37,654 nucleotides of DNA from a virus (Duplodnaviria > Caudoviricetes), in the IMG/VR virus record IMGVR_UViG_3300020043_002590, positions 1 through 37,654 of that record; one strand, given 5' to 3'. The notes beneath the pieces are model-generated. The model saw only the letters and a program-made list of their open reading frames with translations. It was not told where the DNA came from and searched no databases. Below, piece after piece: positions 17,927 through 26,771 of this stretch (the first letter of the stretch is position 1; the number at the start of each line of letters is the position of its first letter). The position numbers and the translations under genes are program-made.

Positions 17927-18011
17927 CTGGCCACCTGTGGTGCTAGATGCCATAGCAGCTGAGCCTAACGAGCAGCCAGCAGCTCATACCGCCCTGAAAA
18001 GGAGAGTTTGA

Positions 18012-18878
18012 ATGCTGGCTCAAGCCAATACCCACAATCTTGTGGGTCAGTCCAAGATTGAGCAGGTGGAATCCCACTTGCTAGACCTCCCACAGGTCGA
18101 ATGCCCGGTTGTCCATCATTTCGGCCCTGGCATCTACATCCGAGAAGTTACTCTGCCTGCTGGCACACTTGCCATTGGCCATGCCCAACGATTTGACCAC
18201 CTCAACATAATGCTGACTGGCGCAGTCGCCATGATTGGTGACGATGGTCAAACCAAGGTGCTACGAGCCCCCATGATCTTTGTCGGCAAGCCTGGGCGCA
18301 AGCTCGGCTATGTGCTCGAGACCTGCATCTGGCAGAATGTCTACTCCACCGAGGAGCGCGACATTGACAAGCTCGAATCGATGTTTCTCGACAAGAGCTC
18401 CACATGGCAAGCACATGCTCAAGCCGCAAAGCAGCTTGAGTCTTACCACCGCCGCGAAGACCGCGAAGACTTTGAACTTGTGGTACGCCTTGCCGGCTTC
18501 ACATCAGATGTTGTGCGCGCACAGTCAGAAAACCCGTATGACCAAATCACAATGCCTAGTGGTTTTGCGCCAAAGTTTACAGTGCGCGACTCGGCCATTG
18601 AGGGAAAAGGCGTGTTTCTCAGTGCTCCTGCCGAAGCTGATGAGGTACTTGCGCTAGCACGCATCAATGGCATGCGCACACCCGCTGGCCGCTATACCAA
18701 TCACTCAAAAACTCCTAATGCCAGGTTTGTAAAGGATGAGGGCGGCGACATTTGGCTTGTGGCCACTCGACGCATTGCTGGTTGTGCTGGTGGAAGCCAA
18801 GGAGAAGAGGTCACGATCGACTACCGCCAAGCTCTCGCCATTTCAGGCATCAATTTAATCGAAGGAGAACACCAATGA
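18012..18878 (+). CDS. cupin-like domain fused to SET-domain methyltransferase
   Basis: N: HHFGPGIYIREVTLPAG..IGH....H; C: SAIEGKGVF, RYTNHSKTPN, GEEVTIDY (SET motifs). Confidence 0.85.
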   Translation: MLAQANTHNLVGQSKIEQVESHLLDLPQVECPVVHHFGPGIYIREVTLPAGTLAIGHAQRFDHLNIMLTGAVAMIGDDGQTKVLRAPMIFVGKPGRKLGYVLETCIWQNVYSTEERDIDKLESMFLDKSSTWQAHAQAAKQLESYHRREDREDFELVVRLAGFTSDVVRAQSENPYDQITMPSGFAPKFTVRDSAIEGKGVFLSAPAEADEVLALARINGMRTPAGRYTNHSKTPNARFVKDEGGDIWLVATRRIAGCAGGSQGEEVTIDYRQALAISGINLIEGEHQ

Positions 18879-19519
18879 GTGGAATCGCAACGGCCGTTGT
18901 GGCCGGTTCAGTCATCACTGGCGTCATGGCCAGCAACGCCCAGTCTGATGCGGCAGAATCTGCTGCCGGCGCACAAACAGCATCAAGCCAGGCATCAATC
19001 GAAGAGCAACGCCGTCAATTTGACGCTGTTCAAAAGCTTCTGTCACCTTACTCTCAAGCCGGCGAGCAAGCTCTTTCAGGTCAGCAAGGTCTTCTTGGTC
19101 TTGCAGGTCCTGCAGCTCAACAACAAGCCATTGCCGGTCTTGAATCATCTCCTCAGTTTGCGTCAATGATGCAGCAGGGCGAGAATGCCATCTTGCAGAA
19201 CGCTTCAGCAACTGGAGGTCTTCGTGGCGGTAATGTACAGGCCACACTGGCTCAATTCCGTCCTCAGTTGCTAAGCCAGTTGATCGAATCGCAGTTCAGT
19301 AAACTTGGCACCATCTCAGGTCTGGGTCAAGCTTCAGCAGCCGGTCAAGCAGCTGACGCCCAACAAACTGGTGCCAATATTGGCAACGCCCTGACACAAC
19401 AAGGTCAAGCTGCCGCTGGTGCTGCTTTGGCACAAGGTCAAGCTCAAGCCCAGATGTGGGGAAATATCGGCGGGACCATCGGCAATGTTGCCACACTCAA
19501 AGCTCTCAAGGTGTTTTAA
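18875..19519 (+). CDS. DNA ejection protein (P22 gp7-like)
   Basis: Start MSGIATAVV with AAGGAG SD; Gly/Ala/Gln-rich; NASATGGLRGGN motif. Confidence 0.8.
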   Translation: MSGIATAVVAGSVITGVMASNAQSDAAESAAGAQTASSQASIEEQRRQFDAVQKLLSPYSQAGEQALSGQQGLLGLAGPAAQQQAIAGLESSPQFASMMQQGENAILQNASATGGLRGGNVQATLAQFRPQLLSQLIESQFSKLGTISGLGQASAAGQAADAQQTGANIGNALTQQGQAAAGAALAQGQAQAQMWGNIGGTIGNVATLKALKVF

Positions 19520-19521
19520 TC

Positions 19522-20817
19522 ATGGCACAACCATTCAACTATATGCTCAATGTCCCTGATCCGACACAGTCGGTCATGGGCGGTGTTCAAAATGCCCTTA
19601 ACATTAGCAACATGATGTCTCAGCGCAATTTGGCTGAACAGAAAGCCATCGACCTTCAGAAGGCGCGTGAAACACAGGACCAGATGAATTCTGACCTTGG
19701 CGCGTTGTCTAAGAACCCGACGCCGTCGGCCTTGGCTAGCATGATGGTCAAGTACCCAAGCCTGAGCGAGAACTTTAAGCGTACCTACGACGTGCTCAGC
19801 ACAGAGCAGAAGGACTCACGTCTGGGTCAAGCCACTCAGGTTTATGCTGCACTGCAGTCTAACAAGCCTGAGGTTGCCCAGCAGCTGCTAACTGAGCAAG
19901 CCACAGCTTACCGCAACTCAGGCCAAGAGCGTGAAGCCAAGACGCTTGAGGACCTGGGCATGCTGATCAAGACGAGCCCTGAGACGGCCAAGACCTCAAC
20001 CGGTCTCTTCCTGGCTTCGGCCATGGGACCTGACAAGTTCACCGAGACGTTCACTAAACTTCAAGGCGAGCAGCGCGATGCTGAGATGCAACCATCAAAA
20101 TTGAGCGAGTCACAAGCCAAAGCTCAGAAGGCAGCAGTTGAAGCCAAGTTCGCCGAGTCTGGCGCAGTGCTTGACCTGCAGAAGAAAGGTTGGGACATCA
20201 CCAAGATCCAAGAGGACATCAAGATCGCCAAGCAGAATGCTGGCATTGCAGCCATGAACGCTCAGATCGCTCGTGAGGGCAACCAGATTAAGCGCGAAGA
20301 GAACCAACTCAAGCTGCAGGACATGGTCCAGAAGCGTGATGAGACTGTCCGCACAAAAGCTGCTGACCTTGAGTCTGCTCGCACAAACATGGACAACATG
20401 CTCAACACGGCTGACCGCATCCTGAAGACGCCAATCGGTGTGATTGGTTCAGCTGCCGGTCCGGTGTCGTCGCGCATGCCCACTCTCACACAGGACACTG
20501 CTGACTTTGAAGCTCTGGTCGAGACGCTTGGTTCACAGTCATTCATGGCCCAGATCCCCAACATCAAGGGCATGGGCGCTTTGTCCAATGCTGAAGGCGA
20601 AAAGCTCCAAGCCGCTTTGCAGAACTTCAGCCTCAAACAGTCTCCTGAACGCCTGCTTGAGAACGTCAAGGAAGCCCAGCGTTTGGTCATGAAGGCACGC
20701 AAGAACATGACTGCACGCGCCGGCCTACCTGAGACCATCCCCGACACTCCGGCAGTAAGCACGTCTGGTGGTGACATCGACGCGCTTGTGAAGAAGTATA
20801 CACAAGGAGCCCGCTAA
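19522..20817 (+). CDS. DNA ejection protein (gp20-like position)
   Basis: Helical Gln/Ala-rich; KGMGALSNAEG motif; follows the gp7-like gene. Confidence 0.7.
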   Translation: MAQPFNYMLNVPDPTQSVMGGVQNALNISNMMSQRNLAEQKAIDLQKARETQDQMNSDLGALSKNPTPSALASMMVKYPSLSENFKRTYDVLSTEQKDSRLGQATQVYAALQSNKPEVAQQLLTEQATAYRNSGQEREAKTLEDLGMLIKTSPETAKTSTGLFLASAMGPDKFTETFTKLQGEQRDAEMQPSKLSESQAKAQKAAVEAKFAESGAVLDLQKKGWDITKIQEDIKIAKQNAGIAAMNAQIAREGNQIKREENQLKLQDMVQKRDETVRTKAADLESARTNMDNMLNTADRILKTPIGVIGSAAGPVSSRMPTLTQDTADFEALVETLGSQSFMAQIPNIKGMGALSNAEGEKLQAALQNFSLKQSPERLLENVKEAQRLVMKARKNMTARAGLPETIPDTPAVSTSGGDIDALVKKYTQGAR

Positions 20818-22715
20818 TGGCAACACTCCAAGAACTTGAGCGAGCCTTGGTCAACGCTGACAAGGCTGGTGACCTTGATGCCGCCCGGCGCTTGGCTGCC
20901 GTGCTTGTCAAGGCGCGCCAAGATACTACAAACCAAATCCCAGACACGATTGTGCCTGGCACGACTCAAGAGTACGTTGAGCCATCAGTTGGTGAAAAGA
21001 TCATTGGAACTGGTGAGGCTGCACTGACGATTGGAACAGGCGCGATTGGCGGCACGGCAGGTCTGATTGGCGGCACGTTGAAAGGCTTGGCTGAGCAGAT
21101 CTTGTCTGGTCAATTTGGAAGCCAAGAGGCGGCAAACCTTGTCCAGAAGTCAGCTATGCAGGGAGCTCAGGCGTTGAACTACGCGCCTCGCACGCAGTCA
21201 GGACAAGAGCAAGTACAAGCTGTCGGTGAGGTGCTCCAGAACGTCCCTCCTGTCATCCCAGTCATTGGCCCGATTGGCGCCGTTTCTGCCAGCACCAAGA
21301 TGGCTGCACCAGTTGTAGCGGCAACTGCTGGCCGCGTTGCTGCGCCTGTTGTTGCCGCTACAAAGCGGGCTGGGCAGACCGTGGCCAAAGTCACCGAGCC
21401 AATTCGTGAAATGATGCCAGGCGCAACGACTAAGCGACCTACTCCTGGCACCCAAGCATCAGGCGGTTCAGCTGGTGTTGACATGGCCACGCTGCGTCAG
21501 GCCAAGGCCGATGAATTGCCAGTGCCCATCAAACTGACTGAAGGCCAGAAGACTCGCCAATTTGAACAGCAGCGCTTTGAGCGTGAGACGGCTAAACTGC
21601 CTGATGTTGGCGAGCCAATTCGCGAGCGCTTTGCTACTCAGAACAAGCAGCTGCAGCAAAACCTTGAGGCCTTTGTTGACATGACTGGAGCTGAGGCTCC
21701 TGACCTTCGTTCCATTGGTCTGACCGTAGACAAGGCTCTGCGTGACCGTGCTGCTCGTGATAAGACGCGCATCCGCACCTTGTACAAGGAAGCTGAGAAG
21801 GCCGGTGAGATGGAAGCCCCTGTCAAGCTTGACACCGTAGTCCAACACTTGGTTGACAACGCGCCAGAGGCTGAAGTGGCCAACGTCCTTAAAGCAACGC
21901 GTGCCAAGGCCCTGCAGCTTGGCGTGGCCACTGAAGCTCCTGACGGAACGTTGGTTGCCCAACCTGTGACTCTCAAGACTGCTGAGTTGTTCCGCCGGTC
22001 TATTGGTGGTGCAACCAATGCTGAGCCGACTAACATCATGCAAGCTTCGCAGATGCGCAGCCTCATTGATGCCTCAACTGACGGCCTTGGTGGCAACATG
22101 TACAAGCAAGCCCGCGCAGCACGAGCCCGGTTTGGCAGTGACTACGAGAACATCGGTCTGGTGAAGAATTTGCTTGGCCAGAAGCGTGGTTCAAATGACC
22201 GAGCCATCGCCATGGAAGACGTCTTGCGCCGCTCAGTCATTGACCCATCAACATCTCTTGACACAGTGCGGCAAGTGCGGCGGTTACTCCAGACAGAGGG
22301 TCCAAATGGCCAGCAGGCCTGGAAGGAACTACAAGGCGGAACGCTCAAGTTCATGCGTGATGAGGCCACTAAGGGAGTGGGACGCGATGAGCTTGGAAAC
22401 GCCGTGCTGTCACCAGGCCAACTTGACCGTGTCATCACACAGCTTGACAAGTCTGGCAAGTTGGACTTTGTCTTTGGCAAGAAAGGAGCTGAGCAGTTGC
22501 GGACCATCAATGACGTAGCCAAAGACGTATTGACGGCCCCAGCAGGAGCTGTCAACACAAGCAACACAGCCAGCGTCTTGGCCGGCATGATGGACATCGC
22601 CATCAGTGGTACGGCTGGAGTGCCTGCACCGATCATGACAAGTTTCCGTTTGGCAACCAAAGGCATCAAAGATGCAAAAACCCGTGCCAAAGTCCGCAAG
22701 GCCCTTGGCGAGTAA
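20817..22715 (+). CDS. DNA ejection protein (gp16-like position)
   Basis: 632-aa helical protein, last before the tailspike; VNTSNTA motif near the C-terminus. Confidence 0.65.
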   Translation: MATLQELERALVNADKAGDLDAARRLAAVLVKARQDTTNQIPDTIVPGTTQEYVEPSVGEKIIGTGEAALTIGTGAIGGTAGLIGGTLKGLAEQILSGQFGSQEAANLVQKSAMQGAQALNYAPRTQSGQEQVQAVGEVLQNVPPVIPVIGPIGAVSASTKMAAPVVAATAGRVAAPVVAATKRAGQTVAKVTEPIREMMPGATTKRPTPGTQASGGSAGVDMATLRQAKADELPVPIKLTEGQKTRQFEQQRFERETAKLPDVGEPIRERFATQNKQLQQNLEAFVDMTGAEAPDLRSIGLTVDKALRDRAARDKTRIRTLYKEAEKAGEMEAPVKLDTVVQHLVDNAPEAEVANVLKATRAKALQLGVATEAPDGTLVAQPVTLKTAELFRRSIGGATNAEPTNIMQASQMRSLIDASTDGLGGNMYKQARAARARFGSDYENIGLVKNLLGQKRGSNDRAIAMEDVLRRSVIDPSTSLDTVRQVRRLLQTEGPNGQQAWKELQGGTLKFMRDEATKGVGRDELGNAVLSPGQLDRVITQLDKSGKLDFVFGKKGAEQLRTINDVAKDVLTAPAGAVNTSNTASVLAGMMDIAISGTAGVPAPIMTSFRLATKGIKDAKTRAKVRKALGE

Positions 22716-22732
22716 ACTCTAGGAGATATTCA

Positions 22733-24838
22733 ATGCTTCAAATTCAATCGCCCTTCCAACAATTTTTTGGCGCCGGTGGTGACCCTCTTGACAACGGGCG
22801 CATTTATATTGGCACCACAAATCAAAACCCAGAGGTGAACCCAATTGTGGTGTACTGGGATGAAACGCTAACTATCCCAGCTGTGCAGCCTATTCAAACA
22901 ATGAATGGGTATATTGTTCGCGCCGGCACACCGGCAAGACTGTTTACGTCTGCCAATGACTACTCGATGACTGTGAAAAACAAACGCGGAGCCGTTGTTT
23001 TCAGTGTCCTTAGTGCAACCTCACTTTCTGGACTCCAAGACTCACTAGCCAGTGTGTCGTCACAGAATAATGGTGGTGCTTTAGTCGGGTTTAAGCAGGG
23101 AAATGATTCTGGCTTTGCTGCTGGCGCCGTGGCTCGAAACCTGTACACAAAGTCAAGAGAAGTTGTGAGTTTACTGGACTTCATACCAGAGGGGACAAAC
23201 ACGCAAACTACAGACTGCTCTGACTACATTCAGGACGCCGTCGATTATGCCCAGTTGATCACAGGGTCAACTTTCACAGATGCCTCAAATTCATGCACAC
23301 TACACGCCCCCGCCAGTATTTACAAGATCACCAAAACCATCAACATCCCTGGAAATATCAGGCTTGAAGGTGACGGCAATAACGCAACCATTTTCAACCT
23401 TGTTTCGCCTACTGTAACAGTTGCCTTCTTAGTCGGCCCAAGCGGCGATAACCAATATCTTTGGGGCGGGCGTCTCAGTGGCTTCCGTGTGAATTGTGAT
23501 GGCGGAGCTGCCGTATGTGATGGCATCAAGTTACAGACAGGGGCGGTAAATTCTGTTATCACCCAAACTGTATTTGACGACATTTTGGTCTGGAACTGCC
23601 GAGATGGTTTCATTCTTAGTGGCGTGTTGTACATGTTGGACTTTACCAATTGCAAAGTAGTTGGTACCACGCGCCATGGATTTACAGCAGAAGGTAACAA
23701 GGAAATTGTCTACAACTCTTTCCGTAATATTGAAGTGACCAACGTTGCTTCTACTGCCTACGCGTTTTGGTTTGGTCCTGATCTTGCTGCCACTATGGGC
23801 GGCACATACATGTCAAACATCACGGCTGATGGGTGCTGTTATTTTGTCATGCCGTACTCTCATATTGATGGGCTCATAATTGAGGGAATCGCAGCGGCGG
23901 CAACTCCTAACACTGTCGCGATAACGATTGGCCAAATAGCTGAATTGAGCAACACGGCCTTGATCAATATACCGAACGCAAAATGCGCAGTTGGTATCTA
24001 TGTTCTTGCACAGCACATAAACATCCATGGGCTGCGCACTCCAGGTAATGTTAACACTCCTGAGAAACTAATCACCTTTGCTCCTGCGTCAAGTGGAATT
24101 TTGACAGGCGTATTTGCAGAGGCAACAGGAACTTTGCAGCGTCTTGAAGATTATTCAGATCCTGACGTACTGGCAAATTGGAAAATAGCTGAGTGCACAA
24201 GTAATTTCACCAAGATCAGCAGCTTTAATTCAAACGTAGTTGGAGCACTACCCACACCTTCCAAGGCGTTTAACGGCAACATCGCCACGCTGCCAAAAGG
24301 AACTTCGCCATTTAGCCGCCCGTACCTGTGCCAGAACACTGCTAGCAGCGGGTACAAGTGGACTGAACTTGTTACTTACGACGGCAAGTCTGCTTCAATT
24401 GGCACCGACCTTTCAGGTGAGATTGCGCCATTGTCGTTAGGTAATCCTTCAGACCCTACTCCTGGCAGATTTTGGAGCGTCGGGCCGTCTGCGTCAGGGT
24501 CCTTCTTGGTGTTTAACCAAGCTTCTGCCGGCGTGTATATAGGCAATGGCGGTACTGCGTGGGTGTCAACATCTGATGAGCGTTCCAAGGACATTATCGC
24601 TCCTATTGAGAGCGCCGTAGCCAAAGTCCAAACATTACGAGCCGTCATTGGCAAATACAAAAACGATGCAGATCAGACCAGACACCCATTTCTAATAGCA
24701 CAAGATGTAAAACTTGTGCTTCCAGAGGCGGTGCACACTGACGACAATGGCATGCTTGGTGTCAGTTATTCTGACGTTATCCCATTACTTGTGGCTGCCA
24801 TTAAAGAATTGCAGGCTGAAATCAATTCACTTAAATAA
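22733..24838 (+). CDS. tailspike/depolymerase with C-terminal S74-type intramolecular chaperone
   Basis: N-terminal head-binding segment (GRIYIG..NQNPE), D.SDYIQDAVD beta-helix start, C-terminal SDERSKD...IAQDV...VSYSDVIPLLVAAIKEL. Confidence 0.85.
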   Translation: MLQIQSPFQQFFGAGGDPLDNGRIYIGTTNQNPEVNPIVVYWDETLTIPAVQPIQTMNGYIVRAGTPARLFTSANDYSMTVKNKRGAVVFSVLSATSLSGLQDSLASVSSQNNGGALVGFKQGNDSGFAAGAVARNLYTKSREVVSLLDFIPEGTNTQTTDCSDYIQDAVDYAQLITGSTFTDASNSCTLHAPASIYKITKTINIPGNIRLEGDGNNATIFNLVSPTVTVAFLVGPSGDNQYLWGGRLSGFRVNCDGGAAVCDGIKLQTGAVNSVITQTVFDDILVWNCRDGFILSGVLYMLDFTNCKVVGTTRHGFTAEGNKEIVYNSFRNIEVTNVASTAYAFWFGPDLAATMGGTYMSNITADGCCYFVMPYSHIDGLIIEGIAAAATPNTVAITIGQIAELSNTALINIPNAKCAVGIYVLAQHINIHGLRTPGNVNTPEKLITFAPASSGILTGVFAEATGTLQRLEDYSDPDVLANWKIAECTSNFTKISSFNSNVVGALPTPSKAFNGNIATLPKGTSPFSRPYLCQNTASSGYKWTELVTYDGKSASIGTDLSGEIAPLSLGNPSDPTPGRFWSVGPSASGSFLVFNQASAGVYIGNGGTAWVSTSDERSKDIIAPIESAVAKVQTLRAVIGKYKNDADQTRHPFLIAQDVKLVLPEAVHTDDNGMLGVSYSDVIPLLVAAIKELQAEINSLK

Positions 24839-24850
24839 CAGGGACTAACA

Positions 24851-25105
24851 ATGGACCAGACAATCGTAAACTGGATGCTTGCTGGCTTTGGCGGCCTAAT
24901 TGGGTTCTTACTGAATGCAGTTTGGCAAGCAGTCAAAGATCTTCAAACAGCTGATAAAGAGTTGACAAAGAAAGTCTCTGAAATCGAAGTCTTAGTGGCT
25001 GGGGCGTACGTCAAAAAAGAAGAGTTTTCAACTGCAGTCACCGCCCTGTTCACAAAGCTTGATCGTATTGAGGACAAGATTGACAAGAAGGCGGACAAAC
25101 CATGA
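24851..25105 (+). CDS. putative holin/antiholin-like membrane protein
   Basis: One N-terminal TM helix plus coiled coil; precedes the endolysin. Confidence 0.6.
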   Translation: MDQTIVNWMLAGFGGLIGFLLNAVWQAVKDLQTADKELTKKVSEIEVLVAGAYVKKEEFSTAVTALFTKLDRIEDKIDKKADKP

Positions 25106-25485
25106 CCTACAACCTCAGCAAAAAGTCACAAGACCGCTTGTCTGGGGTCCATCCGGACCTCGTCAAGATAGTTGAGCGCGCCATTGAGATCACTGAGATT
25201 GACTTCGCCGTGCTCGAAGGAGTTCGCTCTAAGGCTCGTCAAGAGCAACTTGTCAAGGCAGGTGCCAGTCAGACCATGCGCTCGCGCCACCTGACTGGCC
25301 ATGCCGTCGACCTTGGTGCTTACGTGGCTGGCTCAGTGCGCTGGGACTGGCCTCTGTACCACAAGCTTGCTGTTGCCGTCAAGCAAGCTGCCGCCGAGTT
25401 GCAGATCCCTATTGAATGGGGCGGCGACTGGACGACATTTAAAGACGGCCCACACTGGCAATTGCCCTGGAAGGACTACCCATGA
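25102..25485 (+). CDS. endolysin, M15-family (L-Ala-D-Glu-type) peptidase
   Basis: EGVRS..RQ, SRHLTGHAVD, WGGDW...DGPHWQL. Confidence 0.93.
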   Translation: MTYNLSKKSQDRLSGVHPDLVKIVERAIEITEIDFAVLEGVRSKARQEQLVKAGASQTMRSRHLTGHAVDLGAYVAGSVRWDWPLYHKLAVAVKQAAAELQIPIEWGGDWTTFKDGPHWQLPWKDYP

Positions 25486-25685
25486 AAGCTTGGTACTTAT
25501 CGAAGACCCTCTGGGTTAACATGTTGGTTGCAGCATTGGTTGCTTTGGAGGCTGGCACAGGGCTTCTGCAACCGTTTCTGCCTCCCCACTTCTATGCCAT
25601 CGTGGCAGTTGGACTGCCTATCATCAACGCCATGCTGCGTATAGTAACGACGCAGGGGCTGAGTCTGGGGAAGCCGAATGCTTGA
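25482..25685 (+). CDS. putative holin (2 TM)
   Basis: KAWYLSKTLWVN, two hydrophobic helices, LRIVTTQ. Confidence 0.7.
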   Translation: MKAWYLSKTLWVNMLVAALVALEAGTGLLQPFLPPHFYAIVAVGLPIINAMLRIVTTQGLSLGKPNA

Positions 25686-26175
25686 CCTCAAGACAACCTT
25701 GTTGGCTGCTGCGATTGGACTTGGCACAGGAGCTGTTGGATCCTGGTACTTGACGGCCGAGTACAAGGATGCCTCGTGGATAGCCTCCATTGAGAAGCAG
25801 AAGGTCAAAGCTGCAGAGCAACTTCAAATAGCAACTGATAGAGCCATTTCGGCTGAACGACGCCAGAACGAACTGGCAACACAACTGGAGGTGAAGCATG
25901 TGGAATCTGAGAAGGAGCTCGACAAGGCTCTGTCTACCAATCGTCGTCTTGCTCGTGAGCTTGGCGGGCTGCGCGACCCAGGACGTCGGCCGAGTTGTGG
26001 TGGCTCCGTGCCCACCGACTCCACAACCTCCGCCCAGCCTGAGACTGGCTCCACTGGAGCCGAACTTTCAACTGAGGCTTCGGAGTTTCTTCTTGAATTC
26101 GCCCGCGACGCTGATAGAGCAGCCCAGTACGCCAAAACCTGCTACGACTGGACCCAGCAACTGAACAGGGAATGA
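25678..26175 (+). CDS. i-spanin (Rz-like)
   Basis: N-terminal TM, coiled coil, LRDP..C, ADRAA....C. Confidence 0.85.
   Translation: MLDLKTTLLAAAIGLGTGAVGSWYLTAEYKDASWIASIEKQKVKAAEQLQIATDRAISAERRQNELATQLEVKHVESEKELDKALSTNRRLARELGGLRDPGRRPSCGGSVPTDSTTSAQPETGSTGAELSTEASEFLLEFARDADRAAQYAKTCYDWTQQLNRE
25898..26164 (+). CDS. o-spanin (Rz1-like lipoprotein) embedded in Rz
   Basis: +1 frame, GGAGG upstream of the GTG start, lipobox LAGC, Pro-rich. Confidence 0.8.
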   Translation: MWNLRRSSTRLCLPIVVLLVSLAGCATQDVGRVVVAPCPPTPQPPPSLRLAPLEPNFQLRLRSFFLNSPATLIEQPSTPKPATTGPSN

Positions 26176-26197
26176 CAGGAACCATGCAGGATTGAAC

Positions 26198-26240
26198 AGA
26201 AAGGCCTAGTCCAGTACTTACTACTGGCTAGGCCTTAGTT
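26198..26240. terminator. hairpin between convergent operons (probably bidirectional terminator)
   Basis: AAGGCCTAG(T)CCAGTA-loop-TACTGGCTAGGCCTT. Confidence 0.7.
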
Positions 26241-26275
26241 GTTTGCCTCGGGTCATCCCTGAGGCTCAAGTTTGA

Positions 26276-26770
26276 TCAAAGGTCCACAAGAAGTTGCTCC
26301 CAAGCCCTCCCGGTGCTAGTCCACAAGTTTTTGGCTGCCGAGTGAGGGTATTCCTCCACATAGACGATCCGCTGGCAACTCGTGTTCAGCAGCAACTTGC
26401 AGCAGGTCATACATGGACTGGCCGTCACGTAGGCTGTGTGGATGGCGTACATGTCTCGGCACTGGAGCAGCGCGTTCTGCTCGGCGTGGATCGCCTGGCA
26501 GCCATCGAGGTTCGTACCGCTTGGAGCCTTGGCTCCTGAACAGGCATGAGGAAAGGCTTCAACCACGTAGGTGTTGTGCCCATCGTCGTCGGTGACAACT
26601 TCCATGTGGTTGCAGTGAGCAAGCCCAGCCGCGACGCCGTTGTACCCTGTTGAGAGCACATGGCCACGGGCATTCAGCAAGACACAACCCACGGCACGCC
26701 GGCAGCAGGTTGTTCTTTGGGCAGTGAGCAAGGCCAGCTTAAGGGCCCATTCGTCGCGGCTGAGTCTCAT
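26276..26770 (-). CDS. dCMP deaminase family protein
   Basis: TCCRRAVGC, TGYNG, HAEQNA, SPCMTC; start MRLSRDEW with GGAG SD. Confidence 0.93.
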   Translation of the reverse strand: MRLSRDEWALKLALLTAQRTTCCRRAVGCVLLNARGHVLSTGYNGVAAGLAHCNHMEVVTDDDGHNTYVVEAFPHACSGAKAPSGTNLDGCQAIHAEQNALLQCRDMYAIHTAYVTASPCMTCCKLLLNTSCQRIVYVEEYPHSAAKNLWTSTGRAWEQLLVDL

Positions 26771-26771
26771 A

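Noticed and set aside
17985-18006. Lambda boxB (GCCCTGAAAAAGGGC) or SAM-V 3' end resemblance in GCCCTGAAAAGGAG
   Set aside because: Stem incomplete, no boxA or N-like gene, and the SAM-II/V core is absent; explained by the SD sequence.
15923-24838. Diversity-generating retroelement or invertible tail-fibre cassette
   Set aside because: No reverse transcriptase, invertase or template/variable repeat pair was seen.
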